From the NCBI GenBank assembly GCA_964516645.1, contig CAZEXE010000001.1, forward strand, positions 23,983 to 73,413: a stretch of DNA of 49,431 bases, written 5' to 3'. The notes under the pieces are model-generated. The model worked only from the letters and a program-made list of their open reading frames with translations, was not told the DNA's origin and did no database searches. The DNA is from an uncultured Candidatus Poseidoniales archaeon (GTDB taxonomy: Archaea > Thermoplasmatota > Poseidoniia > Poseidoniales > Poseidoniaceae). The position numbers were made by a program, and so were the translations under genes. Positions 26,492-36,398 of the stretch are shown here, in pieces. Position 1 is the stretch's first letter; each line of letters begins with the position of its first letter.

Positions 26492-27643
26492 ATGTCGGAG
26501 TATGCATCGCCTTCTAGAATAAATTGGTTAAATTCGATATTTCTAATCGCAACCCCTGTATTTGCATTATTGGGGGTTCTGGCTCATTGGTCCTACTTTG
26601 GTAGTCCAGGGTGGGTAGAATTCACAGTTTTTCTATCGCTCTACTTTGCATGTGGATTATCGATAACTGTTGGATATCACCGACTGTTTTCACATCGTTC
26701 ACACGAAGCATCGTGGCCACTTGTGTTGTTTTACTCTATTTTTGGGGCAGGTTCATTTCAAAATTCGATAATTGAATGGTGCTCAGATCACAGGAACCAT
26801 CACAAGATGACTGATTCCGATAAGGATCCCTATTCTGCAAGTAGAGGATTCTGGTATTCACACATTGGATGGGTATTAATTGAAGAAGAAAAATTTGCTA
26901 ATGACTTTTCTAATGTCAAGGATTTACAATCTAGTAAGATAATCATGTGGCAACATCGTAACATCTTCCTAATCGGGGCATTATCAGGGATAATTTTTCC
27001 TACATTGGTCGGGTTTTTATTCGGTGGAATTCCTACAGCAATCGGCTGTTTGGTTTGGGGAGGTCTTGTCAGAATTGTATTTGTTCATCATGGAACTTTC
27101 CTAATCAACAGTGCTGCACATATTTGGGGTAGACAGCCATATTCTGAAGATAACTCAAGCAAGGATTCCTTTTGGTTGGCATTTCTAACGTTTGGTGAAG
27201 GATATCACAACTTTCATCACACATTCCAAGCAGATTATCGGAATGGACACAAATGGTACCATGTAGATCCTAGCAAATGGTGGATTCGAAGTTTCAGAAT
27301 ATTGGGACTGAAATCTAATTTGAAATCGACACCAAAACATTCCATTGAAATTGCAAAATTGGATATGAAGTTCAAGAAATCAGCCGATAAATTGGAGGCA
27401 AGTAATCTAGACGTAGGGATTTATCAATCTAAGATATCGCAATATCGTGAATCACTGCGTTCTTGCCTTTATGAATTACACAAAGCGAAAAAGGAACTGA
27501 AAAATGCTGTCAGAGAATCCAAGATTATTGTGAAAAAGAAGATTTCCGAGATTAAGGAAAATTATGCAAATATTCGTGCCGATTTGAAAAAGATGTTCAA
27601 AGAAATGGACGGGAAATACAATTCGATTGTGAAAACCGTTTAA
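26492..27643 (+). CDS. Membrane fatty-acyl (CoA/lipid) Delta9-type desaturase
   Basis: Three His boxes with the order and spacing typical of stearoyl-CoA-type desaturases: HRLFSH, HRNHH (followed by KMTDSDKDPY) and HNFHH. Four TM segments. A coiled-coil C-terminal tail. Confidence 0.85.
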   Translation: MSEYASPSRINWLNSIFLIATPVFALLGVLAHWSYFGSPGWVEFTVFLSLYFACGLSITVGYHRLFSHRSHEASWPLVLFYSIFGAGSFQNSIIEWCSDHRNHHKMTDSDKDPYSASRGFWYSHIGWVLIEEEKFANDFSNVKDLQSSKIIMWQHRNIFLIGALSGIIFPTLVGFLFGGIPTAIGCLVWGGLVRIVFVHHGTFLINSAAHIWGRQPYSEDNSSKDSFWLAFLTFGEGYHNFHHTFQADYRNGHKWYHVDPSKWWIRSFRILGLKSNLKSTPKHSIEIAKLDMKFKKSADKLEASNLDVGIYQSKISQYRESLRSCLYELHKAKKELKNAVRESKIIVKKKISEIKENYANIRADLKKMFKEMDGKYNSIVKTV

Positions 27644-27738
27644 TTAGCCACAGCACAACGATTGCTGAGTAAATCTGTCAGACGATTTGATAAACCCCTT
27701 CAAGGTGGCGAGGAAAGACGAGAGTCAGGTGATTCACC

Positions 27739-29946
27739 ATGGGCCGTAAAGAAGACAACATCAAGAAGGCAACAGAAGTAATGCATATACTTCCACAGAT
27801 TCGTAATCTATGTATTGCCGCTCACATTGACCACGGAAAGACCACACTTTCTGACAACCTAATTGCAGGTGCAGGAATGATGAGCGAAGATTTAGCTGGA
27901 AAGAGTCGTGTTCTAGATTTCGATGAACAGGAAAGTGCTCGTGGAATTACTATTAACGCTGCATCTGCATCGATGGTTCACGGTGTAGATGGAACTGATT
28001 TCCTAATCAACTTAATCGACACTCCAGGACACGTTGACTTCGGAGGAGACGTTACTCGTGCCATGCGTGCTGTTGACGGATGTTTCATACTTGCATGTGC
28101 TGTTGAAGGGCCAATGCCACAGACTGAAACTGTAGTTCGTCAAGCATTGAAGGAGAAGGTAAAGCCGGTTCTATTCATCAATAAAGTAGACCGTCTAATC
28201 AACGAATTGAAGGTAACACCTGAAGATATGTTGAAGAGATTTGAAGAGACTATTATCAAAGTAAACAAATTGATTCGCCAATTCGCTCCAGAAGAGAAGA
28301 AGAAAGAGTGGCAAGTAAGTGTTCTTGATGGAACAGTTGCATTTGGTTCCGCATATCACAACTGGGGAATCACAATTCCATACATGAAAAAGTCTGGAGT
28401 TTCAATGACTGAGATTTTTGAGTATTGTAATAATGAAGACCAGAAGACACTTGCTCAGAAAGCTCCAGTTCACGAAGTACTTCTTGATATGGCTGTAACA
28501 AAATTACCAGGGCCGGTTGAGGCTCAGCCTTACCGTATACCTAACATTTGGAATGGAGATCTTGATACTCCAATCGGTAAAGCAATGATCAGTTGTGATC
28601 CAGAAGCAGAACTTGCAATGATGATTACAAAGATTTGGATGGACCCTCACGCTGGTGAGGTCGCAGTAGGACGCATCTACTCTGGTGCAATAAACCAAGG
28701 TGAATCAGTTTACGCAATCGGTGCTGCAAAGGCTGAGCGTGTACAACAAGTCAGCATGATGGTTGGCGGTGACAGAATCACTGTACCTAAGGTAGTAGCA
28801 GGCAACATTGCAGCAATTACAGGTATTCGTTCAGCAGCTGCTGGGGTAACCCTGTCCCGTGACAAGGATTTCACTCCTTTCGAAGCAATTAGGCACTATT
28901 CAGACCCTGTAGTTACAGTTGCTGTTGAACCAAAGAGTATGAAGGACCTACCAAAGTTCATCGATGCTCTACGCTCTCTTGCAAAGTCCGATGCTTCTCT
29001 ACAAGTTATGACTAATCAGGAAACTGGTGAAGCACTGTTAGCAGGTATGGGAGAATTGCATTTGGAAATCACAGTTTACAGACTTGAAGAAGAACAAAAT
29101 ATCAAGGTAAAGGTCAGCCCTCCAATTGTTGTGTATAGAGAATCAGTTGAAGGAGACAATAAGGGAAGATCATTCGAAGGAAAGTCGCCTAACCGACACA
29201 ACAGATTCATGATGGAATGTGAACCACTTTCCTCCGAAGTAGTTGCTGCTCTAAGAGATGGTCATTTCGGTTCTGGAACTATTAGAACTGGAGATGCAAA
29301 GGAAGTTGGAAGAAAATTCGGAGAATTCGGATTAAACAAAGACTTGATGCGCAAAACTTACGCAATCAATGGAACCAATGTTCTAGTAAACGACACCAAG
29401 GGTATTCAGGGACTTCACGAGACTCGTGAACTAATTATCGAGGCTTTCAACGAAGTTTGTAAGAAAGGTCCAGTAGCAGATGAACCAGTTATGGGAATGA
29501 TGGTCAGACTAGTCGATGCTAAGTTACATGAAGATGCAATCCACCGTGGACCTGCACAGACAATTCCTGCTGTTAGAAACGCAATCAAAGGTGCTATGCT
29601 TCGTGCACGTACAGTATTGATGGAGCCAATGCAAAGGTCGCACGTAAGCGTTCCTAACGACTGGCTAGGACAAGTTACACGTGAGATTACCAACCGAAGA
29701 GGTATCATCGAAGATATGCCATCTGAAGGGGAAGCAACCACAGTCATCGGAACTCTTCCAGTTGCAGAAACATTCGGTTTCTCCAATGATATCCGTGCAG
29801 CATCACAAGGGCGTGCGATTTGGAATTCTGAAAACATTGGATTCGAAATGCTACCACCACAATTGTTCGACAAGGTAGTTGGAGAAATTCGCACACGTAA
29901 GGGATTGAAGCCAGAGCCAAATCCAGAATCTTACTACTCAGATTGA
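27739..29946 (+). CDS. fusA: Translation elongation factor 2 (aEF-2)
   Basis: G1 [10 protein letters not shown]3 DTPGH, G4 NKVD. Diphthamide-region motif is [11 protein letters not shown]. Length is 735 aa. AGGTGA lies 7 nt upstream of the ATG. Confidence 0.95.
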   Translation: MGRKEDNIKKATEVMHILPQIRNLCIAAHIDHGKTTLSDNLIAGAGMMSEDLAGKSRVLDFDEQESARGITINAASASMVHGVDGTDFLINLIDTPGHVDFGGDVTRAMRAVDGCFILACAVEGPMPQTETVVRQALKEKVKPVLFINKVDRLINELKVTPEDMLKRFEETIIKVNKLIRQFAPEEKKKEWQVSVLDGTVAFGSAYHNWGITIPYMKKSGVSMTEIFEYCNNEDQKTLAQKAPVHEVLLDMAVTKLPGPVEAQPYRIPNIWNGDLDTPIGKAMISCDPEAELAMMITKIWMDPHAGEVAVGRIYSGAINQGESVYAIGAAKAERVQQVSMMVGGDRITVPKVVAGNIAAITGIRSAAAGVTLSRDKDFTPFEAIRHYSDPVVTVAVEPKSMKDLPKFIDALRSLAKSDASLQVMTNQETGEALLAGMGELHLEITVYRLEEEQNIKVKVSPPIVVYRESVEGDNKGRSFEGKSPNRHNRFMMECEPLSSEVVAALRDGHFGSGTIRTGDAKEVGRKFGEFGLNKDLMRKTYAINGTNVLVNDTKGIQGLHETRELIIEAFNEVCKKGPVADEPVMGMMVRLVDAKLHEDAIHRGPAQTIPAVRNAIKGAMLRARTVLMEPMQRSHVSVPNDWLGQVTREITNRRGIIEDMPSEGEATTVIGTLPVAETFGFSNDIRAASQGRAIWNSENIGFEMLPPQLFDKVVGEIRTRKGLKPEPNPESYYSD

Positions 29947-29986
29947 TCAGCAATAACTCTAATCGAGGCGCCTGCGTGCGTAGTTT

Positions 29987-30418
29987 ATGGGAGCAGTATT
30001 GGGTATTTTCATCTCTAATGGTGGAGTCCCAAAAACATCAGTTGAGTCTGCGCAAATTGATTTTGATGGTTTGGTCGGTGATAATCAAAACGACAAAAAG
30101 CATCACGGAGGGATGATGCGAGCAGTATGTGTACTTGAGAATGAAATTCTCACTAAATTACAATCTGAAGGACATCCGATAATGCCTGGAACAACTGGGG
30201 AGAATCTTCTCGTAGAGGGCTACAACTTGGGTATAGGATCAATTTTCATCATAGGAGATACAGAATTGGAAGTTGTATCTGCAGCGGCCCCATGCAAGAC
30301 CATTGCAGCCTCATTTACGGATGGCTATTTCAATCGCTTATCTCACAAGAAATATCCTAAAGACACTAGATGGTACTGCAAAGTGCTGAAGCCTGGCTCA
30401 ATCAGTATATCCTCTTAA
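29987..30418 (+). CDS. MOSC-domain protein (YiiM-like)
   Basis: A 143-aa product with PGTTGENLLVEG and HHGG segments typical of the MOSC beta-barrel. Confidence 0.6.
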   Translation: MGAVLGIFISNGGVPKTSVESAQIDFDGLVGDNQNDKKHHGGMMRAVCVLENEILTKLQSEGHPIMPGTTGENLLVEGYNLGIGSIFIIGDTELEVVSAAAPCKTIAASFTDGYFNRLSHKKYPKDTRWYCKVLKPGSISISS

Positions 30419-32135
30419 GTTGATAATCGGTTAATTCTCGCAAAGCTCGCAATGCTGGATTATCAGGAATTCTGTCTAAGCAATCGTGTGCTCTCCTATG
30501 ATATGCTTCTGCTTTAGTCCGAGCATAGTCAATTGAACCTAATTCATGCAGGGCTTTGTGACTTCTAGCAACTTGCTCAGATGTCACATTCTCACCTCTA
30601 CCAAGAACTGCAAGCAAATCATCCTTTGATTGCGAAGGAGGCTGCCTTAACGCGTGGATAACCATCAGTGTCCTTTTACCTTGAGCAACATCGCTACCAC
30701 TGGGTTTACCAAGAGTATCAGAATCTGAAAGTACATCAATCAAATCATCCATTAATTGGAAACACAATCCCAAAGCAAGTCCCCAATCATGCATACACTG
30801 GATTACTTCTTGGTCGGCACCTGCAAGGTGGGAACCTACTTCTGCACAGGTAAGGAACATAGCAGCGGTCTTACCTTGTATCATCTCAATGTATTCCTCC
30901 TCAGTAACAACTTCTCTATCCTCAAACTCGATGTCGAGTTGCTGACCTTCGCTACACTTCCGAACCATTCTTCCAATTCGCTTTACCAAGAAAGGCAATA
31001 ATTCTGGCTCAATTCCTTCAGCAACTGCCATCGCTTCAAATGCAATGGCAAGCATTGCATCACCAGCGTTGATTGCAGTTGGCAAATCATAAGCGACATG
31101 CACAGCTGGTCTGCCTCTACGCACATCATCATCATCCATGATGTCATCGTGAACTAATGTGAAATTGTGAATGATTTCTATAGCGGCACCAACATCCAAC
31201 AAGCCCGAATGTGTATCTCCAACCGCTTTAGCTACCAACCAAGGTAAAGTCGCTCTGAGTCGCTTGCCCCCACCTTCGAGAAGATGCATCATGGCTCCTG
31301 ATAGTCGAGTCAATTGAGTATGCGTCAGTGCCCTTTCCATTCTGTTCTCAACTAATTCTTTTACTTCAGCAATGCTAGTAGACAAATCTGCACCTATCGC
31401 ATTGGGCAACATGTGGGAGACATCACCCATGTCGTGAATCATATCATCTGGCTTTACACAGCCAGGACGCCACCAATCATCTGTCATTATTCTAGCAGCA
31501 ATACACCTGAACCACGGAGCTATCACATTTTCAGGATCTTCAGCAACCAACATTTCTTCAAGATCTTCTTGAGAAACCCACATGACTTCATCGACTTCAT
31601 TCGGATTGATTTCAAGGTCTACATCAGCATGAATGACTAAGCAATGATCGATTTCTCTCTCAATCCAGTCTTCATCTTGCCGTGCTTGATAACGCATTTT
31701 TGTGACAAATTCAAATTTTTCAATAGGCACTTGTGATGGATTTATCCCCAATTCTTGCTCCAATTTTCGAATCGCTGCTCGCTTAACGCCAAGAGCATTT
31801 TTCAATTCCATTTCTTCATCGCTATGAAGAGGATGTGAGCAACAAGAATTCGCCCACACATTTGGGAACGTAATTTTGTGTGATGCTCGCCTTTGTAACA
31901 ATAATCGACCTGTAGAATCGAACAACATAACACTAAATGCACGATGAAATTTACCTTCTTTATGATGGCTATCCAACTTAGAAATTGGGCCGATGACATC
32001 ATCATTTTCTGTGACCTGAATAACTGCTTCAGACATTAATGACTCTTGAATAGCATCTGAACCTTGCAATGCAATTGAGGTGTCTGCCTCCATTTGCATT
32101 GTCGGAACATCCTCTATGCCATATCCGGGCATCAA
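30402..32135 (-). CDS. Fusion protein: type-1 isopentenyl-diphosphate isomerase (Nudix) N-terminal half plus (E)-polyprenyl/geranylgeranyl diphosphate synthase C-terminal half
   Basis: IDI1 half: HRAFSVMLFDSTGRLLLQRRASHKITFPNVWANSCCSHP and WIEREIDH. Prenyl synthase half: first Asp-rich motif LVHDDIMDDDDVRRGRP and second motif FQLMDDLIDV. Confidence 0.85.
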   Translation of the reverse strand: MMPGYGIEDVPTMQMEADTSIALQGSDAIQESLMSEAVIQVTENDDVIGPISKLDSHHKEGKFHRAFSVMLFDSTGRLLLQRRASHKITFPNVWANSCCSHPLHSDEEMELKNALGVKRAAIRKLEQELGINPSQVPIEKFEFVTKMRYQARQDEDWIEREIDHCLVIHADVDLEINPNEVDEVMWVSQEDLEEMLVAEDPENVIAPWFRCIAARIMTDDWWRPGCVKPDDMIHDMGDVSHMLPNAIGADLSTSIAEVKELVENRMERALTHTQLTRLSGAMMHLLEGGGKRLRATLPWLVAKAVGDTHSGLLDVGAAIEIIHNFTLVHDDIMDDDDVRRGRPAVHVAYDLPTAINAGDAMLAIAFEAMAVAEGIEPELLPFLVKRIGRMVRKCSEGQQLDIEFEDREVVTEEEYIEMIQGKTAAMFLTCAEVGSHLAGADQEVIQCMHDWGLALGLCFQLMDDLIDVLSDSDTLGKPSGSDVAQGKRTLMVIHALRQPPSQSKDDLLAVLGRGENVTSEQVARSHKALHELGSIDYARTKAEAYHRRAHDCLDRIPDNPALRALRELTDYQLKRIY

Positions 32136-32167
32136 CTCACCGAATAACCGGTTTCGCGTCCACTACA

Positions 32168-32956
32168 TCAACAGTTCCCTGATTCAATTCTAGTACCAAT
32201 CACAGGTTTTCCTTCAATAGCATCACTAACTCGCTGCGGAATCTCACCATTCACGAGTATTACATCCACTCCTTTGGCAGCGATCATAGCGCCTCGGGAT
32301 GCTTTCAAGCCAATACCACCGGTGATATCGATTTCAGAAGCATGTTCACCTTCAAACTCCATATTTGGGTGCCAAACTTCGATTAAATCTTCTGGCCCTG
32401 CTTTACTCGGAGGTACTCGTAAAATTCCATCAACTTTGGCTATTGCAAATATCGCTCTCTCAACTTGTGGTAATTCAGTAGCATACCGGTACATCAAATC
32501 ATCACCAGATAGAATCCCAAAACCCTTGGATTCATCAGCAACTACATCCCCGTAAACAATCGTTACACCTTCGTGAACTGGTAGTTCGCCAGTAAACATT
32601 GGACCTGTACCGCTTGCCCATTTATGAGGGGGGAATGATTTGACACTTAGGCCCCTTAATTCAAGAGCAGTGGCAACAATTCGATTTAATTCTAGCATGT
32701 CATTTCTAACATCATCTATAGCTTCATCTTGTTCGATATCGCTGATTCTGCCTTCTGCCAATCGGAATTTCTTGGCTTTCATGTGTCCAAAAGAACCAGC
32801 ACCATGAACGATGACTAGATTCTTGCTAGAATTTGCACAGACTTTGGCTAGAGAATCAATCACACTTTGATTTACGGTGCACAATTGATCTTTGTGCGTG
32901 ATTAATCCACCACCCCACTTGATGACAACAGTGCCGCCCATACATATGCCAAGCAT
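32168..32956 (-). CDS. ipk: Isopentenyl phosphate kinase (amino-acid-kinase fold)
   Basis: VVIKWGGGLITHK and VIVHGAGSFGH match the IPK glycine-rich and His motifs. An alternative start is the ATG at 32941. Confidence 0.8.
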   Translation of the reverse strand: MLGICMGGTVVIKWGGGLITHKDQLCTVNQSVIDSLAKVCANSSKNLVIVHGAGSFGHMKAKKFRLAEGRISDIEQDEAIDDVRNDMLELNRIVATALELRGLSVKSFPPHKWASGTGPMFTGELPVHEGVTIVYGDVVADESKGFGILSGDDLMYRYATELPQVERAIFAIAKVDGILRVPPSKAGPEDLIEVWHPNMEFEGEHASEIDITGGIGLKASRGAMIAAKGVDVILVNGEIPQRVSDAIEGKPVIGTRIESGNC

Positions 32957-33009
32957 TTCGTACTAATGTGTGCATTGGATTTACATGGGAGTCGAGACAG
33001 GGGTGTAAC

Positions 33010-33348
33010 ATGACAGAGTCTCCCAGTGTGGATGAGTTCATTCGTCACATGCAAGCAGAATTGGATGCCTGCGAAGACATTGTTGACAAGAATGAGAGAC
33101 AAAAGTGTCAATGGCAAATCGAATCTTCTCTATTGCTTGCCATTGAATTCTCAAATAGATTCAAGGAATTATCAAAATTAGGTCAAAACCCAATCGAAAT
33201 TGTTCAAGCTTTAGCCACAAATGATGCTTCAACTGCAAATATTGCAAAGCAAGTGATTGCAATAGCAGGAGGCCTATGTCCTTCATGTGGGACGACTATG
33301 GAAGCCGATCTAGATTTTTGTTCTAGTTGTGGTAACTACGTAGAGTAA
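33010..33348 (+). CDS. Hypothetical small protein with a C-terminal zinc ribbon
   Basis: CPSCGTTMEADLDFCSSCGNY at the C-terminus. The track ORF starts at 32968. The ATG at 33010 leaves a divergent intergenic space to ipk. Confidence 0.4.
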   Translation: MTESPSVDEFIRHMQAELDACEDIVDKNERQKCQWQIESSLLLAIEFSNRFKELSKLGQNPIEIVQALATNDASTANIAKQVIAIAGGLCPSCGTTMEADLDFCSSCGNYVE

Positions 33349-34056
33349 TTATTCTTCTTCCCACATCGTAATCATGTCTTGGATTGATGGATCATCTTCC
33401 TCAACATGGTAGAGATATTCTGATGGCATTTCTTCACAAAGGAATACTGTCTTACCTGCTCGCCAGATAGTGTATCCATCTGCGATTGCACGGGATGTGT
33501 CAACTTCCAATATTGCAGGACGTTGAATACGAACATGACCTGCTTCCATCGCATTTGAAATTGTTTTTGACAAGTGAACATGTTTTCTGTCACCTGCTGT
33601 AATACCGTATTCCATGTGTGTCGCAACAGTTTCAGGGTCGCATGGCCAATACAATGCTTCAGGAATATCATCGGTCGGCAAGTCTAATTCTAGTTCAATC
33701 GAGTGCCCATATGTTGCTCTAATCATTTCACCTTCGACTTGGTATCTTCCTTTCTCATCGGCATTAGCAATAGCTTCGAAGTGCCATCCACGCAACCAGT
33801 GAAAGTGTCTTCTTTGATTTTGAATTGACTCTGATAATTCTCTAGAATTGACCCATCCATTCAAGTCCATCTCGACACCAAATTTTTCAGGTGCATGGCG
33901 CAATACAAGAGCAAGAATTCTTCCCAAACTATTTGATTCTCTATCAGACATGATGAACTTACCTTCAGCATTGCAAGTAGGGCAATTTGTTCCACTAAAG
34001 TGTCCATGTGTTCTACATTGTCGTAGCATATTGCGGCCTGTTGGGAACTCCTTCAT
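33349..34056 (-). CDS. kptA: RNA 2'-phosphotransferase (Tpt1/KptA) with an N-terminal zinc-ribbon-like motif
   Basis: LGRILALVLRHAPEKFGVEMDLNGWV and KHVHLS are Tpt1 signatures. The N-terminus has CRTHGHFSGTNCPTC. Confidence 0.8.
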   Translation of the reverse strand: MKEFPTGRNMLRQCRTHGHFSGTNCPTCNAEGKFIMSDRESNSLGRILALVLRHAPEKFGVEMDLNGWVNSRELSESIQNQRRHFHWLRGWHFEAIANADEKGRYQVEGEMIRATYGHSIELELDLPTDDIPEALYWPCDPETVATHMEYGITAGDRKHVHLSKTISNAMEAGHVRIQRPAILEVDTSRAIADGYTIWRAGKTVFLCEEMPSEYLYHVEEDDPSIQDMITMWEEE

Positions 34057-34124
34057 AATCAGTTCTATTGGATGGGATATTTATTCAGGGCAATGATGAT
34101 GAGAGCAGACCTGCTGGAGTGACT

Positions 34125-35264
34125 ATGCGAGCAGTGATTTCTGACTACGTTCGTACCCCTTTTCATAGAGCCCATAAGGGTGATCTAGCATCAGTTCGGC
34201 CCGAAGATATGTTGGATGCAACGATTAGAAGTATAATCGAGAGATGCGAAATCGATGTTGATGATATTGAGGATTTGATGTTGGGCTGTGCATACCCTGA
34301 AGGAGTTCAAGGACTCAATCTAGGAAGAATTGCTACATACATGCCGGAATTACCTAACACAATACCGGGTATGACTACCAATCGTCTTTGCGGATCTTCA
34401 ATGCAAGTTGCCCACAGTGCGGCCGGTTCCATAAAGTTGGGTTCTGGAGAGTTGTTCTTGGCAGCCGGTGTTGAAACTATGTCACTGGTAAAGAGGGGTG
34501 GCTGGATGCGTGACCTTCACCCTGAACTCGAAAAGAAATATCCCGATGCATACATCTCTATGGGCTTGACAGCAGAAAATCTTGCGAGAGATTATTCAAT
34601 CACAAGGTTGGAGCAAGAGGAATTTGCACTACATAGTCACAATAAGGCTTTGAATGCACAAAACAAGGGCCTACTTACTAATGAAATTATTCCTATAAAT
34701 TCACCTGATAAATTGGTTGAAGAAGACGGTTGTATACGAGAAACATCTGTGGAAAAGATGTCACGATTAGCCCCCGCTTTCCTAGAGGATGGGACCGTTA
34801 CAGCAGCCACATCATCTCCTCTAACCGATGGTGCAGCTTGCAATTTAATTTGCTCTGACTCATATGCAAATGAACACAGTCTAGATGGGCTTGCTGAGAT
34901 AGTTTCAACTGCAGTTGTTGGTGTACCACCTGAAATAATGGGTATAGGGCCAGTCAATTCTTCTAAGAAAGCACTAGAAAGAGCCGGAATTAAGATGGAA
35001 GATTTAGATGTAATCGAACTCAACGAAGCGTTTAGCGCCCAATCACTTGCCGTATTGAAAGATTTAGATTTGGATTATGAAGATGAGAGAATCAACATAG
35101 ACGGTGGTGCATTAGCAATTGGTCATCCATTAGGAGCAAGCGGTGCTAGGATACTTGGAAAGGCAGCATCACTCCTAAACAGGATCGATGGAGAGTATGC
35201 ATTGGCATCAATGTGTATTGGTGGTGGAATGGGTATTGCAACAATTTTACGCAATTATGAATGA
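34125..35264 (+). CDS. Acetyl-CoA C-acetyltransferase (thiolase II)
   Basis: Active-site Cys block is NRLCGSSMQ. The C-terminus has NEAFSAQ, GGALAIGHPLGASGAR and CIGGGMGIA. The ATG at 34125 (MRAVISDYVRTPF) is preferred over the track start at 34068. Confidence 0.9.
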   Translation: MRAVISDYVRTPFHRAHKGDLASVRPEDMLDATIRSIIERCEIDVDDIEDLMLGCAYPEGVQGLNLGRIATYMPELPNTIPGMTTNRLCGSSMQVAHSAAGSIKLGSGELFLAAGVETMSLVKRGGWMRDLHPELEKKYPDAYISMGLTAENLARDYSITRLEQEEFALHSHNKALNAQNKGLLTNEIIPINSPDKLVEEDGCIRETSVEKMSRLAPAFLEDGTVTAATSSPLTDGAACNLICSDSYANEHSLDGLAEIVSTAVVGVPPEIMGIGPVNSSKKALERAGIKMEDLDVIELNEAFSAQSLAVLKDLDLDYEDERINIDGGALAIGHPLGASGARILGKAASLLNRIDGEYALASMCIGGGMGIATILRNYE

Positions 35265-35299
35265 TAACCTTCATCATATATCGCATTCGTACCTATAAT

Positions 35300-36301
35300 A
35301 TGGGTATCCGCAAAGGCCGTAAAGAGGCTTATGAAAATCTCAGTGTTAACGAGGAAGGAGATTGTCCACGTTGTGGTGGCGAAAAGCAACCATCTTCTCT
35401 CTCAGGGTACCTCAGTTGTGTTCGATGTAATTATGAGTGGAAAGATCCAGAACATGTAGCAGAAAAGAGCGGGCCTCCGCAAAATTTCCGTCGAGATGCA
35501 GAATTGATTGAAGAATTCAAGCAAGAGATGCAAAGCGGTGATTTGAGCAATGTTTTGGGTATCGACAAAGGGCTATCTGGAGAGCAAGAAGCATCACTAA
35601 AGCGCTTGGAAGATAAGTGGATGAGTGGTATGAGTGGCCACTTCAATGCTGCTGCTGAAGAGAGAAAACCGTTGATGATTTCATTTGATGATGATGATAA
35701 CTTAGTTGATACAACAGTAGGTAGCATCACAATTGTCGCAAATGGATTTGATGGTGGAGAAGAAATCCGTCTAGAGTATCCTAGCCTAGGAACTGAGTTC
35801 TATGCATTTGATGAAGCAAGTGAAACAGGTTGGCGTCGCGGAAGGACTGCAGAGGATACCGCACGTTCAATTACAAATGTGATTAACAGATTTTCCAAAC
35901 TAGTTTATGCGAACCAGGAAGGTAGTATCATTCTTCTTGAGTTGAGAAATGATCAATTGAATTCTGATTCATTAGTGATTTTCGTCGATGACCCTGGAGG
36001 AACGGATATAGTAGCTGAAAAGGGAGGTGTTTCAATGGATCCAAGAGATGTTAGAATGATCGATGATTACAGAATTGTAGTCGAAATCTGTTTGGCGGAT
36101 GGAATCATATCACCATCTGAAGACCAAATGTTGTGGGCCATGCGCCAACAATTAGGTATCGATGATTATCTTCATGTTCAGATTGTGCAGCAAATTTTCG
36201 GTGAGCATGCACTCAAGGAATGTACCAATTGTGGCGAGATGGCTGAACTTTATGCCGACTATGCTGCATGGTACTGTCATTCCTGTGAAAATTGGTGTTA
36301 G
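35300..36301 (+). CDS. Hypothetical protein with N- and C-terminal zinc ribbons and a TerB-like helical module
   Basis: N-terminal ribbon is CPRCGG...CVRCNYEW. C-terminal ribbon is CTNCGEMAELYADYAAWYCHSCENWC. IVVEICLADGIISPSEDQMLWAMRQQLGIDD resembles TerB/DjlA-N helical repeats. An AT-rich catcatatat lies about 22 nt upstream of the ATG at 35300. Confidence 0.5.
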   Translation: MGIRKGRKEAYENLSVNEEGDCPRCGGEKQPSSLSGYLSCVRCNYEWKDPEHVAEKSGPPQNFRRDAELIEEFKQEMQSGDLSNVLGIDKGLSGEQEASLKRLEDKWMSGMSGHFNAAAEERKPLMISFDDDDNLVDTTVGSITIVANGFDGGEEIRLEYPSLGTEFYAFDEASETGWRRGRTAEDTARSITNVINRFSKLVYANQEGSIILLELRNDQLNSDSLVIFVDDPGGTDIVAEKGGVSMDPRDVRMIDDYRIVVEICLADGIISPSEDQMLWAMRQQLGIDDYLHVQIVQQIFGEHALKECTNCGEMAELYADYAAWYCHSCENWC

Positions 36302-36398
36302 TATAACGAATTATAGATTTATTTGTCATAGTGCTAATCTCAGAAAGTTTAGGCATTATTCATAAGGTGAGAACCAATCGCCCGATTAGGCGAGTAGC

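Noticed and set aside
34092-34144. A possible C/D-box sRNA: aatgatga (C box) at 34092-34099 and ctga (D box) at 34141-34144, about 53 nt apart.
   Set aside because: There are no convincing internal D'/C' boxes (tgct and agtgac only) and no terminal complementary stem. The segment overlaps the thiolase start region, and these short motifs are expected by chance.
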